Below, piece after piece: positions 11,705 through 22,711 of a stretch of DNA of 64,000 nt. Each line of letters starts with the position of its first letter. Positions within the stretch are counted from its first letter, which is position 1. Origin of the DNA: Schmidtea polychroa (Eukaryota). The position numbers were made by a program, and so were the translations under genes. Location: the NCBI GenBank assembly GCA_044892525.1, contig CM097887.1, positions 87,708,397-87,772,396 of the forward strand, read 5' to 3'. The notes beneath the pieces were generated by a model, which was not told the DNA's origin, did no database searches, and saw only the letters and a list, made by a program, of their open reading frames with translations.

Positions 11705-12418
11705 ATGAATTATTTAAAAGACAGAGAATCAACGAGTAACGCAAGAAAATCAATTGACCAACCCGAACAAAGCCAGAATACGATACCAATCAAACAAGAA
11801 CCGATGAAATATTATAGTAATAAATGGAGAGTCAGCAAGAAGTTGTTCAAAACAAAAATCGCAAATCAAAATGTAGAGATTACGAGATTGAGACAGCATA
11901 TTGTTCAATCAAGACGATTAATAAACACTGTCAAGCAGGAAATTTTGAGGGAAATAAATGAATCGAAACTAAAAGAGACGGAAAATAAAAACCTGAGACA
12001 AGAGATAGTAGAGTTGAGAGCTCAGGCAGTAATCGAAGACTATTGGAAATCAGAAACAAGGAAGTTGAAAAAGATTGTGAATATCGACCAAGTTTATATC
12101 GAACAATTGGAAGCACAATACGCTTATGCAAAAACGAGAATGCGGGAAAGTAAAAAGGTCGACAAGAGAAACGCAAGACTCAAGGAGGAGATCAAGGAAC
12201 AAAGAGAGGAAACAGAAAAACAATGGAAGTTGAAAGAAAATTATCGGAGAATTTTAAATCAAAAACGACGAAGCATGCAAGCACTGCAGACGACAATGAC
12301 CATCAGACAGAGAAAATGGAAAAGTGAAGAGAAGCGATTACAAGAAATACCAGAATTAAAGAGACAGTTGATGGCAACGCAACTCGAAGTAATAAGGATG
12401 AACGAGTTGAGCACCTGA
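11705..12418 (+). CDS. Short coiled-coil accessory ORF, homolog of 23439-24140
   Basis: VIEDYWKSETRK vs VISDYWKTEARK; IPELKRQL vs LPELRKRV. Start placed at the ATG following TTTTTGTAG. Confidence 0.8.
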   Translation: MNYLKDRESTSNARKSIDQPEQSQNTIPIKQEPMKYYSNKWRVSKKLFKTKIANQNVEITRLRQHIVQSRRLINTVKQEILREINESKLKETENKNLRQEIVELRAQAVIEDYWKSETRKLKKIVNIDQVYIEQLEAQYAYAKTRMRESKKVDKRNARLKEEIKEQREETEKQWKLKENYRRILNQKRRSMQALQTTMTIRQRKWKSEEKRLQEIPELKRQLMATQLEVIRMNELST

Positions 12419-12537
12419 ACCTCCCGTAAAATTAAGGGATGAGGTCGGTGGCTCCCAATAAATGAGATAAAATAACGGTGTAAATAAATTGTAAATAAAG
12501 CCAAGTAATTATTATTGACGTATATGTATATGTAAAG

Positions 12538-13524
12538 ATGAGAAGCCTAACCGTGGTGATAATTATAATGACAATGCCCAGAATCCTGCAAGCTGAAGAA
12601 TCAATGATCAGATGCCAGAAAGAATACCCATATCGCAGAGAAGATAGCACCTGTAGTAGCTTTAAATCAATCTGTGAAAAACCCAATGAAGAATGCGAAC
12701 AAATCAAGTTGCAATGTTCGCAATGTCCACAAACAACTGGAAGTTCGACGGAAATGCAAATGGCTCAGACAATGAAAACAATATTAGAACAAGAAATGAA
12801 AGTTATCAGAACCCAGATAGCAACATTAGCCAAACAATTCCAAAGCCAGAAATCAAAGAAAGAAACCCAAACGGATCCGGCCGCAATGAGAATGATGGTA
12901 ATAATATTAGAGGAAATAAAACAACAGGTAACAGCAACCGCCAATGGACGTTCAAGCAATTGCGAAATAGTAGTAAAATCTTTAGAGGAAATGAAAGGAA
13001 AAATAACTTCCATCATCAAAGAGGAACCCAGCATTAAAAATGAGGTAACGAAAACCTTGAAAGAAATGACAAAAGAAGTCCTAACTACCATAAACAAAAA
13101 CCCAATGAACTCCGAGAAGATGATTAAAACCCTGGAGGAAATAAAGAAAGTTGTCACCTCGGAAGAAAACAAATTCAACAAACCCGAAAAATCAGAAATT
13201 ACAGATACAACCCAATTGGGAGAAATGATAAACAAACCCAGAGTAGTAGAACTAAGAGAATCTGAACCCCTCACAATATTGATCCTATTAACGGCAAGCC
13301 TAATGATAAACATTACCGTACTGAGCCTGATTGCACTCAAACCCAATTCCAGTAAAGCAAGAAACAAAACCCTCAAACTAAAAGAACAATCAAAGAGTAT
13401 TCGTATCCCAATGGAAGAACAGCTAATCCAAACAACGAACCAACCAAGATACTTCAAATCTTCCCCAAACATCGAAACCAGAGCCGTCATCGAGACGAGA
13501 TCCCGAACAACAGAATTCTATTAG
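12538..13524 (+). CDS. Predicted type I membrane protein (signal peptide, Cys-rich N-terminus, coiled coil, TM); positional counterpart of 22712-23383
   Basis: Hydrophobic N-terminus MRSLTVVIIIMTM and TM-like LTILILLTASLMINITVLSLIAL; last ORF before the LTR in both elements. Confidence 0.75.
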   Translation: MRSLTVVIIIMTMPRILQAEESMIRCQKEYPYRREDSTCSSFKSICEKPNEECEQIKLQCSQCPQTTGSSTEMQMAQTMKTILEQEMKVIRTQIATLAKQFQSQKSKKETQTDPAAMRMMVIILEEIKQQVTATANGRSSNCEIVVKSLEEMKGKITSIIKEEPSIKNEVTKTLKEMTKEVLTTINKNPMNSEKMIKTLEEIKKVVTSEENKFNKPEKSEITDTTQLGEMINKPRVVELRESEPLTILILLTASLMINITVLSLIALKPNSSKARNKTLKLKEQSKSIRIPMEEQLIQTTNQPRYFKSSPNIETRAVIETRSRTTEFY

Positions 13525-13843
13525 TGTGACATCATGACAGTAAAAACATTTCACGACATTATAAACGATAAATCATCCTGATCGAACAATTGATTTCAAA
13601 GACTGAGACTACGATTAATGACACTGATTCTTGAGCATGATAATTTTATTTTTATGTGGACCGACCTCGGTCGTTCTTTTTCTTCATCTTTCAACCCATC
13701 TGTAAAATGTAGTGTAATAGTAGCATTTTTATGTATGTGGGTATTGAGGTCACGACCCTGTAGCTCGTGGACCCAATTTGCATGTAGGCACTTGTAATAT
13801 AGTGCAAGTATTCTGAAAATTAATCTTATTCATCTTTGGATTT

Positions 13844-13862
13844 AAATTGCGGGTCGCAATTT
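13844..13862 (+). other. Pre-LTR hairpin AAATTGCG-ggt-CGCAATTT
   Basis: Perfect 8-bp stem about 22 nt before the LTR; counterpart at 22547-22563. Confidence 0.75.
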
Positions 13863-13883
13863 TATGGGCCCCCGAGTGTTTTA

Positions 13884-16511
13884 TGTTGGGCTAGAACTGA
13901 TTTCTAGACCCAAACTACTAATTGTGACTGAAACGTGCAGGTACACAACATGTAAAAAGCAAAAAGTATAGTTAAATATTAAAACCTACACCAAATAAAC
14001 AATATTAACTAAAGGAGAAAGCAACAAAAACATAAACAAAGAAATTAAATAAAATTATACAGAAGCAAGAAGTGATGCAAAAATCTAACTCAAAAATAAC
14101 CAAACAAACATAGAATTACCAAAAGCAAACTCGAATAACTTAAAAGACGATAAAAATAGTAAAACATTCCAGAAAAACCCAGAACATTCTATAAAATGGC
14201 GATGACCATCACAAAAGTCATCTAGAACAACAAAAGTTAAGGAAAATAAATAAATTAGTATTAAAAATAAAAAATCTCAAAAAGAAATTCATAAAAACAT
14301 CAGTTAAAATAAAAATTAAATTAAAAGTAAAATAGAATGTTCTGGAACCGTTCCAAATCCATCATGGACGTAAATTAATGAAAAAATAATTAAAAAATAA
14401 AAATTTAAAAATAAAAACAAAAATTATAGCACTAAAATTTCCACAAAAAATATAAAAATCATGAAATAGAAAATTCTGGAATAAAAAGAATTCGAGTTTG
14501 TTTTAATGCATCAATACATACACGTGTACAAAATAGGTATATATACTGACACGTTTCAGTCACAAGAATCACTTTTTATGCCAAATTCTTTTTTGCGAAA
14601 ACCTGAAGATAGTGAGTATTTGTTATTGGAATTTTGATGTATAATGATATTATTTATTTTTTTTTTTAACTTAACTTTGATCGTTATTGTTAATATTAAT
14701 TATGCTTAGATCAAACCATGCTTATCATTTTTATCTCATGTAAGAAGGATCGGCGGCGTATTGATACATATGCGTCTCTGATCAGTCCTACATTCGATCA
14801 ATTTGTAAAATCTATAGCACATGCAGACACGCAATATACCTTATATATTTTTTTTTGTTTGGTCATCGGAGGTCGGCCACTTCATGGTTCTACCATGGAG
14901 TTGTGTCGATAAAACCCCTCCGCTATGGCTCCATATACTTTATTTATCGGTCGACAGTGATGTTTCGACTCAACACAACAGTAGGGCTTGTCGTAGCGGT
15001 CACAGTGGGGCCGTGTAAGCAAGCATTCTTCCCGACTATGAATGCATTACACAATTAAAATCACCACTAAAAATTCTATACACTAAATTACACTAGAATT
15101 CTAATCGAGTAGATCTCAGACCCAAATTGAACACAGCAATTACAATTCGGTTAATGTAGTCGGTTAAGACCTCTCCACTTACACGTTTGTCGAACCTCAT
15201 TGAGAAATAATTTTTCGTATCAGTGTAAATGTCTTTCTCGAAATTAACCGTAATAATGCTCACAAAGAAGTTCGACAAGCGTGAATCGTAAAATGAACTA
15301 TATACTCTCCTGTTACACTTAAATATCAGTCTATAAATATATGATATTCCTAAACTATAGAATTTATGTTAGAATCGCTAAATACTTAGAATTCCTAAAT
15401 GGTAAACTATAACTTACTACTGTACTTAGAATTATATTTGATAAATATGTAATACCTCTAAATTATCAATATAAGTTTATATCGTATAATTGATGAATGT
15501 GTAAAATCCTAATTTATAACATTTTACTTCATATTGTTTTTAAAAAAATATAATTCATAAATATGTACTATCTCTAAAATTATAAAATAATTTGATATTG
15601 TAATTTGTAAATATGTAATACTCCTACAGAATAGAAAATAATTTTATATCAAACTTAAAAATATAATGTATAACTATGTAATACTCCTAAAGTATAAAAA
15701 GTAATTTGATATCGCACTTAAAAATATAATTTATAAATATTAAATGACGAAATCTAACTTTATATTGTTCTCGAAAACATAACTTGTAAGTATTTCATAA
15801 TAAAACTGAACTTTAGGTCTTATTGAATGTATAATATATAAAGATATAATAATCCCAAAGGGTAAATATACCGTTATATTATACCTAAAGCGTAAGCTAT
15901 GAGCATTGAATTATAATATATACCTTTGTATTAGCCTTAAAAATGCAATGTATTATTACGTAATGATAAAAAATATCCTTATTTACAATCCATAAACGTT
16001 AAAGTACAAGATGCATCTCCAAGTGCATAATGTGTGAATGTATAATAGTTCTGAATTATGAGCTAGAATTTTATAATCCACTTAAATACACACATATCTA
16101 AACCAGAAACTAAAATTTTATATAAAGAATATAACTTATAAATGTCGGAGTTATAAATTATAATTCCATAATACCTCAATGTATCATTTATAAAAACCTA
16201 GATTATAAGTAGAATTATGCCCTTTCATTTAAATATATAATTTATTATAAACTATACTTTGATTAAATGTGTAAGTTATAAATACCTGAAGTGTAACTTT
16301 AATAGATTATGGAATCTAGTTTAAAATATAAGGTAAATCATTTATATATTTAGTTATTTGAATTAGAAATTAGGATTTTCATATAACCATATGCTTGGAT
16401 AGCAATGAGAAAGAGGCTATAAAAGGAGTTAAGTAGAACAGATCCTCCTAACGGTAGTCGTTAACTGACAGCCACCCGCTCATGTCACATTACCAACGTT
16501 ACTCCCCAACA
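13884..16511 (+). repeat. 3' LTR of element A (start well supported, end tentative)
   Basis: Starts TGTTGGGCTA like the B LTR, A-rich first 600 bp, TATAAAAG at 16418-16425, CCAACA ending at 16511. Confidence 0.6.
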
Positions 16512-17099
16512 GCTGCCAAGAGCTCAAATAACATTATGATTTACCCAATTACAATACCGTTACATAACAATGATATCGTAGCACAAAACGACATGTTATT
16601 ATTTCTTATTCGTACAAATCAAACTGACAGAGTGTAAATTAATTCAGCATTCTTGTCAATGAAATACCTAAGTAAAAGTACGATAAATAAATCCTGATTG
16701 AAATTTGCTACCCTAACATTAATGTTTCAATCAAAACACCCATTACTCGTCGTTTTATAGATTATTACTCAAAAATTTAATACGACTGTACGTCCATTTT
16801 ATGGAATAGTTATAACAAGACAAATTTTGTTTTACTCTTGAACAAAAGGCCCGTATAGATTATCAGTAAGACATTCTTGACGCTGCAGATGGGAATTGGC
16901 ATACATTCATGATTCGTCCCACATGTGTTATTTCCTGGACGGCTAAATTCATCTGGATCCGAAAATTGAGACAAACACCTTTTATTCGATTTAGTTAAAT
17001 CTGGACCTTTGGTCTAACGATAAATTTTCTTGAACGACAAGGACAAAATATTATTTTAATTTCGACATGTTGAAAAGGATAAGGATAAACATAATCAAC

Positions 17100-17451
17100 T
17101 CAATAGGTTGTTTCCATTTGTTGTCTATCAAATCCAAAGCGATGTCTTGGAAATCCATCATCATTATAATTGGCATCAAGAAGAGGACTATCAATAGCTT
17201 CAACAGAAAACCTCGGCATTCCGTTGTCAAGTTCCAAATGATTAATTTTCTTTTGCTAACAAAATTCTGGATAAGTACTTAATGATGTTTTCTAAAATTC
17301 ATAGTTTAATATTTAAAAATAATAATAAATTTACATCAGGCGATCCTCCTAAATATTTATATGTTGATGAGTGAAGTGATCTCTGTTCGGCAATATTAAA
17401 ATCAAAGTCTTTAGGTTCTGATTCTCTAGCTTGATGCCTGTATTTGAAAAA
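17100..17451 (-). pseudogene. Possible relic of a spliced gene: two in-phase exons (17451-17335, 17291-17100) around a 43-nt GT-AG intron, one internal stop
   Basis: Manual translation FFKYRHQ...GGSPD|KTSLSTYPEFC*QKKINHLELDNGMPRF...TTY*; no family recognised. Confidence 0.3.
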
Positions 17452-17949
17452 CTTTAAAAGAAAAACTAAAAATTATGCAAAGAATTACCAGTTGCCTGTT
17501 TCTACAACCCTGCTGTAATGACTTGCATCACCTTTAAAAGATCCGGGGGAACAATTCATTTAAATTCTCATAAAACGGCCATGATTTTCGCTAATTAAAC
17601 AACGATTACTGTGATAAAACAAAAGGCCTTAAGTCAGGGTGACGATAATAATTGTAAATGATTAAATTTGGATAAAAGTTATTTAATTTTAAGTAGTTAA
17701 AAATTAAATTGGTAAAACCTATACACCAACTTTAAATTTTCTTTCATTAAAGTTATTTAATTTTAAGTAGTTAAAAATTAAATTGGGAAAACCTATAAAC
17801 AAAACTTTTTTTTTTTTCTTTAATAAAAGTAGTTATAACAATCGTAATAAACTTAGTCATTGATATGTGAGTTAATTCGATGTATTTTATTATGACGACC
17901 ATTAATAATTGCCGCGAGTTAAACGGGTATTAACGTTTACATTCCAGGC

Positions 17950-18288
17950 ATGGCACCACCAAACGATAACCTCAGCAGCGAAGAGGACGAACAATGGATA
18001 ATCACCCGCCTTCGCACGCGGTACATCTGGCACCATATTCATCGATGGTGTCAGGGGCGGGACCTGGACTGTTCCAATCGGATTATCCGGACCGGCCCAG
18101 AGCCCGATGCCCAGGCATGGGTGAAGGTAGAACCGGACAATGACTTGTTGCAGGAGGCCCGCGATCGGGCATCGATCGAGTTGGAAGCGGCCCAGATGCG
18201 GCTGAGGAGGATAGAACTCCAGATCAGAGCCGAAGCAGAAGGGAAAACCCTAGAGGAGCTGGAGGGGGTGGTTGCCCCTCCACGAAAA
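17950..18288 (+). pseudogene. 5' part (113 codons) of a small AT-hook ORF interrupted by element B
   Basis: The ORF track protein runs into the LTR after VAPPRK; removing B and one AAAA restores PPRKRGRPRKNPV*. Confidence 0.85.
18285..18288. other. Left copy of the 4-bp target-site duplication AAAA (right copy 48950-48953)
   Basis: Directly abuts TGTTGG at 18289 and CCAACA at 48949. Confidence 0.85.
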
Positions 18289-21200
18289 TGTTGGCGTATG
18301 TGGAGAAGAAAAAAAAATTATACATGCCTTTCCATCACACCTATCAAGCATCATGGCTCCGTTATACATTTTCTACACATACTCCAAATGATTGATTGCA
18401 TATTCCCACATATGAGCCCATGGTGATGTTCCATGTTGGTGCTGCTCACACGGGTCGGAAAAGGTTAGCAGGTGAGCCCCTGCCTTAGGACTACTCCTAA
18501 CCCTTTCTCAGTTCGGGTCCCACGGTGCCTTAGAAGGACTTACCCATATACATGCGTGTCACTCGGTCTGATCCTGGTCCAAAGGAACAACCTTCAACCT
18601 TAATTATCTTCATTCCGCAGCATTATCTCATCTACTCTAATTGCACAAACAAATATATGAAAGCTCGACAAAACTAAAATCAAACAGAAAATTTTATTGG
18701 CACTGAAACGATAAAAATATCATTACTACTAACAGATCAACAACAGTCAAAAAGATATAACATTAGCAACATTCACGAGATAATTTACAACTCAATGAAG
18801 AGGAAATCAAGCTCAATTTTACATCACATTAAACAAAGTTATCCCCATCGGCCAGTATCTCATCTATGTCGACCGGTAATCGGCTATCTACAATGTGTTT
18901 GATGCCCTCAGCTGGAACAATGCGGAAGACTTCCTTTGAGGGGATTGAATGGGAGGACGTTATCTCTTGGATTTTTGATTTCGCCGCCGATAAGGACGTC
19001 TCGAGTGCTGTCATCGCATCTCGGCGTTTTTGGTTCTTCTCGGCTCGAGTTGGCCGTTTCCGTTTGCGGGTAGTCGGGGGTTTTTCGGTGTTCGTGGTAC
19101 CGATTGGTGCTACCAAGATGGGAGCTACGATGGGATCAGTAGGTCCACCTATCTTTGGCTGGTGACATGACAACACCGGGGGTGGAATGGGCGGCAGTTG
19201 TGAGCCGTGCCCCTGGCAGTGCGAGCCGGAAGATGTAGGAGACGGGTGGTGACGAGGAAAAACATTCGTCCCATCCAGAACGGGGAATTCTCGCACCCGC
19301 TTAGCCAATTCTGCCTCCGTATATACCTTATGGAGGGCTTCTGACTGTGCTTTGATGGTGAGCCGCTGACAACGGCTTTCCTCTAGCAGGCTGTCCCTGC
19401 AATGCTCTAATCGGAGAATTTTCTTGCGTTCCTCTTTCATTTGTGGCGGGGAGAACCACGTTCCTTCATAGAGATCAATTCTCTTTTTGAGAGCCCCGAT
19501 ATATAAGTGGAGTTGGGCGATATCCGCGTTCTTGTCCGCACAAGAAAAACACGGGCGAAGTTCTTTGGCGTTGTTGGACGATGTAGCCATCTAGAAAATC
19601 AATCATTGTTTATATTTACTCGAAGAAACCTCTATCAGTGTGAAGAAAAATCAAATTTTTGGGCATGGTTTTGGAGTTTGATCAAACATACCACCCAACG
19701 ATGACCCACACACTTCTTCATCCATCTCTATACGCAGTCATTCAGTTGCAAACATTCAAATCTCTTCACCTGATTCGTGTAATTTAAGAAAAGGAAACGG
19801 GGATTCGTATACCAAAAATTCTTTCTACACAAACCTCGCCCTTTGAGTTTAATTTCGGATGGGCCATTCCCAGGTAAAACCCGTCTTTTACTTTATCCCC
19901 TTCAACCTTGTTCCCATTAGTATATTTTAATTAAGAATTTTTGCCGATATCATTATGGCAATTCGTCGAGGTAGGCCTGCCTAACATTACAGAGAAATAA
20001 TTCACGGCGACGGAATAGATTATTTATGTTTTTATCTCGTTCAAAATTATGGAATTGATTGTGTAATCAGTTGAAAATTCAGCTCTAATCTACATCTAAT
20101 TAATTCCAATAACGCGTCGAAAATCGTCGTCATGGAAAACGTTTACTTGTGATTATGCATTATGATTGACGGTGTAGGTGTGTCATTACTCCTGGTGGTA
20201 TCTGTAACTGTATGTTGGCTATCTCCGCGAATGATGGTTTATGCTGTTATAATAAATTATTGTATATCGAGTTGTGTAGGGGAAATCCATCCCCTTACTT
20301 CATCCTATTATCTCGCTATTCTAGAGAAATTTATACCATCATGCCGCTATTACATCACCAAAATCGTTGATTTCCTTTTACACTGCCCTATGCATATTTG
20401 ACTGTGGTGCGTGTGTATGTGCATGCTCAAGTCGGAATATTAGCGGTTGCGTAATAGATTCCTCAAATAAGCAGCCGTAGATGAATCGAAAAATCAGATT
20501 AATCAATCTGAGTGGGCGACAACTTCATAGATTATTGGGTAAGCTCAACAATATCATCTAATTTCCTTTTACGATATTAATTCAGATCAATGACTATCAG
20601 CTTATTCATTTGACATTTTCCCAGAAAAGTTAACATGTTATCTCCTTCTCCAGGACGTTATCAGATATCTCCTGTCGACTAACTCTACGCAGGCCAATGC
20701 AAATCAACTGATTTCGTTATCGTTGACAACTACTGTCTGCGGGCTCGAAGTAAGAATTTTGATAATTTCACTACAAGATGGTTACTTCCCTGTCAGCGAG
20801 AGATTCTTTATCACTGGCATTGGTGACTCAAGGACGACAATCAAATCGTAAGAGTACATCGACAATGGATGTAGCCGCTAACATCATGACGGCACAAATC
20901 AGACAGAACCTTGCAAACGCAGAGCGTCACCGAAAAATCGTTGGATTTACTTGCAATCTATGGTCGACACCGTTCTTTCCTAACTACGTCGATTGACCGG
21001 CTGAATATCACGAAAAGAATTTTCCTCCTATCTATGTGGATTATCATCGAATCTGTACGAACGTCACTGCCTATCTCGCTCTGAATTGTCTGCATTCGGA
21101 ATTCAAATCATCTCTACATCTACTGGAAATCTCGATTTAACTAAATGAACCGATGGTACGCTCTACAGACGATCGCGCTTGATGAAGGAACGGTCATTTA

Positions 21201-22525
21201 TTAACTGGATGTTCCACCTACTGAGTTTCTTCACCCCTCACGACACACCCAAGAAGGCATTCATTGCTGCCACCTCCTTGCACCGTCATGAGGGACCAAT
21301 CAACTCTTTTCCATTCAATCAAATCAACAATATAATAATCAAACTGAATGATAGAAAATGCATAAATAAAATTTACCCGGCGACCATATCATTTGGATCT
21401 CCGAGTATGATGTTGCTCCTCCTACATGATCGAAACCTCATCGTCTCCTTGGTGGATCTCTAATATGACAAATATCACTCTCTACAAATATCACATTCCC
21501 TTTTCAGCATGTTCGTGATTTCTTATGCATACCAACCTTTCCACGGTGGTGTCCTCTACTGCAGTGCAATTCCAACTCGTCCACATCATACTGGGAGCTC
21601 TCAGATGGTACAGTCGTCGGTACCATGAAGAAAGGCAACTTTTCATTTAAATAAATTTATTATAAGAAATTGTTTTATTATATTTATTATGATTAACTAA
21701 ATTAAACTAATAACCATAAATAAAACAACTGTCGAGGCATACCTTGAGTTTCGAAAACTGAAGTTAAATCGGTTGAATTTAAAATTTTTCCCGAATGGAT
21801 TTGTAGTTTGGCCTCTATATATTTCTTCCTCGGTTTGGTTTGGTAATCTCTGAACTAGTTCGCTGTAGGATAATTAAAGGTTCCGAAATCTGTCAAGTCT
21901 GTAGAAAAAATTTTTTAAAAGTGGTAGTATATAACGAACCGAAGTTTACCTGTAGAAAAAATTTTTTAAAAGTGGTAATCTACAGATATTTTCCGTTCCT
22001 TATATATTATTTTTCGTCCAATCAGGACACGACTTGTTTGTATTTTTACTATTTATTATTATTTTTATGTTTTTTATTATAATATATTAGATTTTAATGA
22101 CTTAACTTATTTCCTATTATTATTTTATTTATTTTCTTATTTTTATTATTTTCCTCCTATTTTTCCTGTGGATTTATTGCTACTTTATTGTAATATAATT
22201 TTTTGTTTTAATTAGACTTAAAGATAGTTTTATTTTTTATTTATTTCTTAAATTTCTCTTTTATTTGTTGTCACTTTTTTACTTATTTTATTCTATTTCA
22301 TCTGCTGGGTCCTAAATCGCTTTATTTCTAAATCTCAAGGGGTTTATTGGGTTTTATTTAGTTTGTTTTACTTATTCTTATTCTCTTATTGATATTTTAT
22401 TGTTCCTTTTTGATTTATTAGCGAGAATTTGATGGTACTTTATATTTTTATTTTATTTCGTTTATTTTTCAAGGATTACCTTTCTATTCGCTCCAGTTTT
22501 CGAAACTCCACGTTTTAGCCCAACA
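18289..22525 (-). repeat. 3' LTR of element B
   Basis: Direct repeat of 44713-48949; TGTTGG...CCAACA termini; flanks diverge immediately before 18289/44713 and 2 nt after 22525/48949. Confidence 0.97.
18829..19590 (-). CDS. LTR-encoded sense ORF (253 aa): coiled coil, Pro-rich region, basic NLS-like RKRKRPTR
   Basis: Identical translation in both LTRs; a diverged homolog at 49268-49742 supports real coding. Confidence 0.75.
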   Translation of the reverse strand: MATSSNNAKELRPCFSCADKNADIAQLHLYIGALKKRIDLYEGTWFSPPQMKEERKKILRLEHCRDSLLEESRCQRLTIKAQSEALHKVYTEAELAKRVREFPVLDGTNVFPRHHPSPTSSGSHCQGHGSQLPPIPPPVLSCHQPKIGGPTDPIVAPILVAPIGTTNTEKPPTTRKRKRPTRAEKNQKRRDAMTALETSLSAAKSKIQEITSSHSIPSKEVFRIVPAEGIKHIVDSRLPVDIDEILADGDNFV

Positions 22526-22546
22526 AATCACTCCGGGGCCCGTTAA

Positions 22547-22563
22547 AATTGCGCCCCGCAATT
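22547..22563 (-). other. Pre-LTR hairpin AATTGCG-ggg-CGCAATT of element B
   Basis: 7-bp stem about 21 nt before the 3' LTR; conserved with element A. Confidence 0.75.
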
Positions 22564-22711
22564 CACATAATATCATACGTTTAACTCATACCTTTTTTCG
22601 GCATAACAACTAATTTCACGGTCAACATTCACACAAACATAAAATTAAAATAACTAAATAATACTTTAATTAAACAGATAAAAGGACAAATATAAGCAAG
22701 CAGTGGCCACT

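Larger units (their letters stand above)
1..16511 (+). mobile_element. Element A: giant Ty3/Gypsy-type LTR retroelement, 5' part outside the window; right boundary uncertain
   Basis: PR-RT-RH-IN order, accessory ORFs syntenic with element B, and a 3' LTR start TGTTGGGCTA at 13884 preceded by the same pre-LTR motif as B. The end at 16511 rests only on a CCAACA match. Confidence 0.85.

Noticed and set aside
12765-13490. Antisense hydrophobic ORFs here and opposite most long ORFs
   Set aside because: Expected shadows of A-rich, stop-poor coding strands.
13923-14564. MITE or solo LTR bounded by TGTGACTG...CAGTCACA
   Set aside because: No target-site duplication, and analogous inverted arms occur in the other LTRs, so it is treated as LTR architecture.
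15417-15426. CTAC|TGT as the left end and TSD of the third LTR (right flank CTAC at 52810)
   Set aside because: The sequence is TGTACT, not TGTTGG; a 4-bp match is expected by chance.
17675-17797. 49-bp direct duplication with 74-bp period
   Set aside because: Ordinary local duplication in AT-rich DNA.
17950-18426. 158-aa ORF as given in the ORF track
   Set aside because: Codons after 18288 are read-through into the LTR; the real ending is at 48954-48983.
20162-22082. Short ORFs in the LTR (and their copies at 46586-48506)
   Set aside because: Short, several with non-ATG starts, no motifs; duplicated only because the LTR is.
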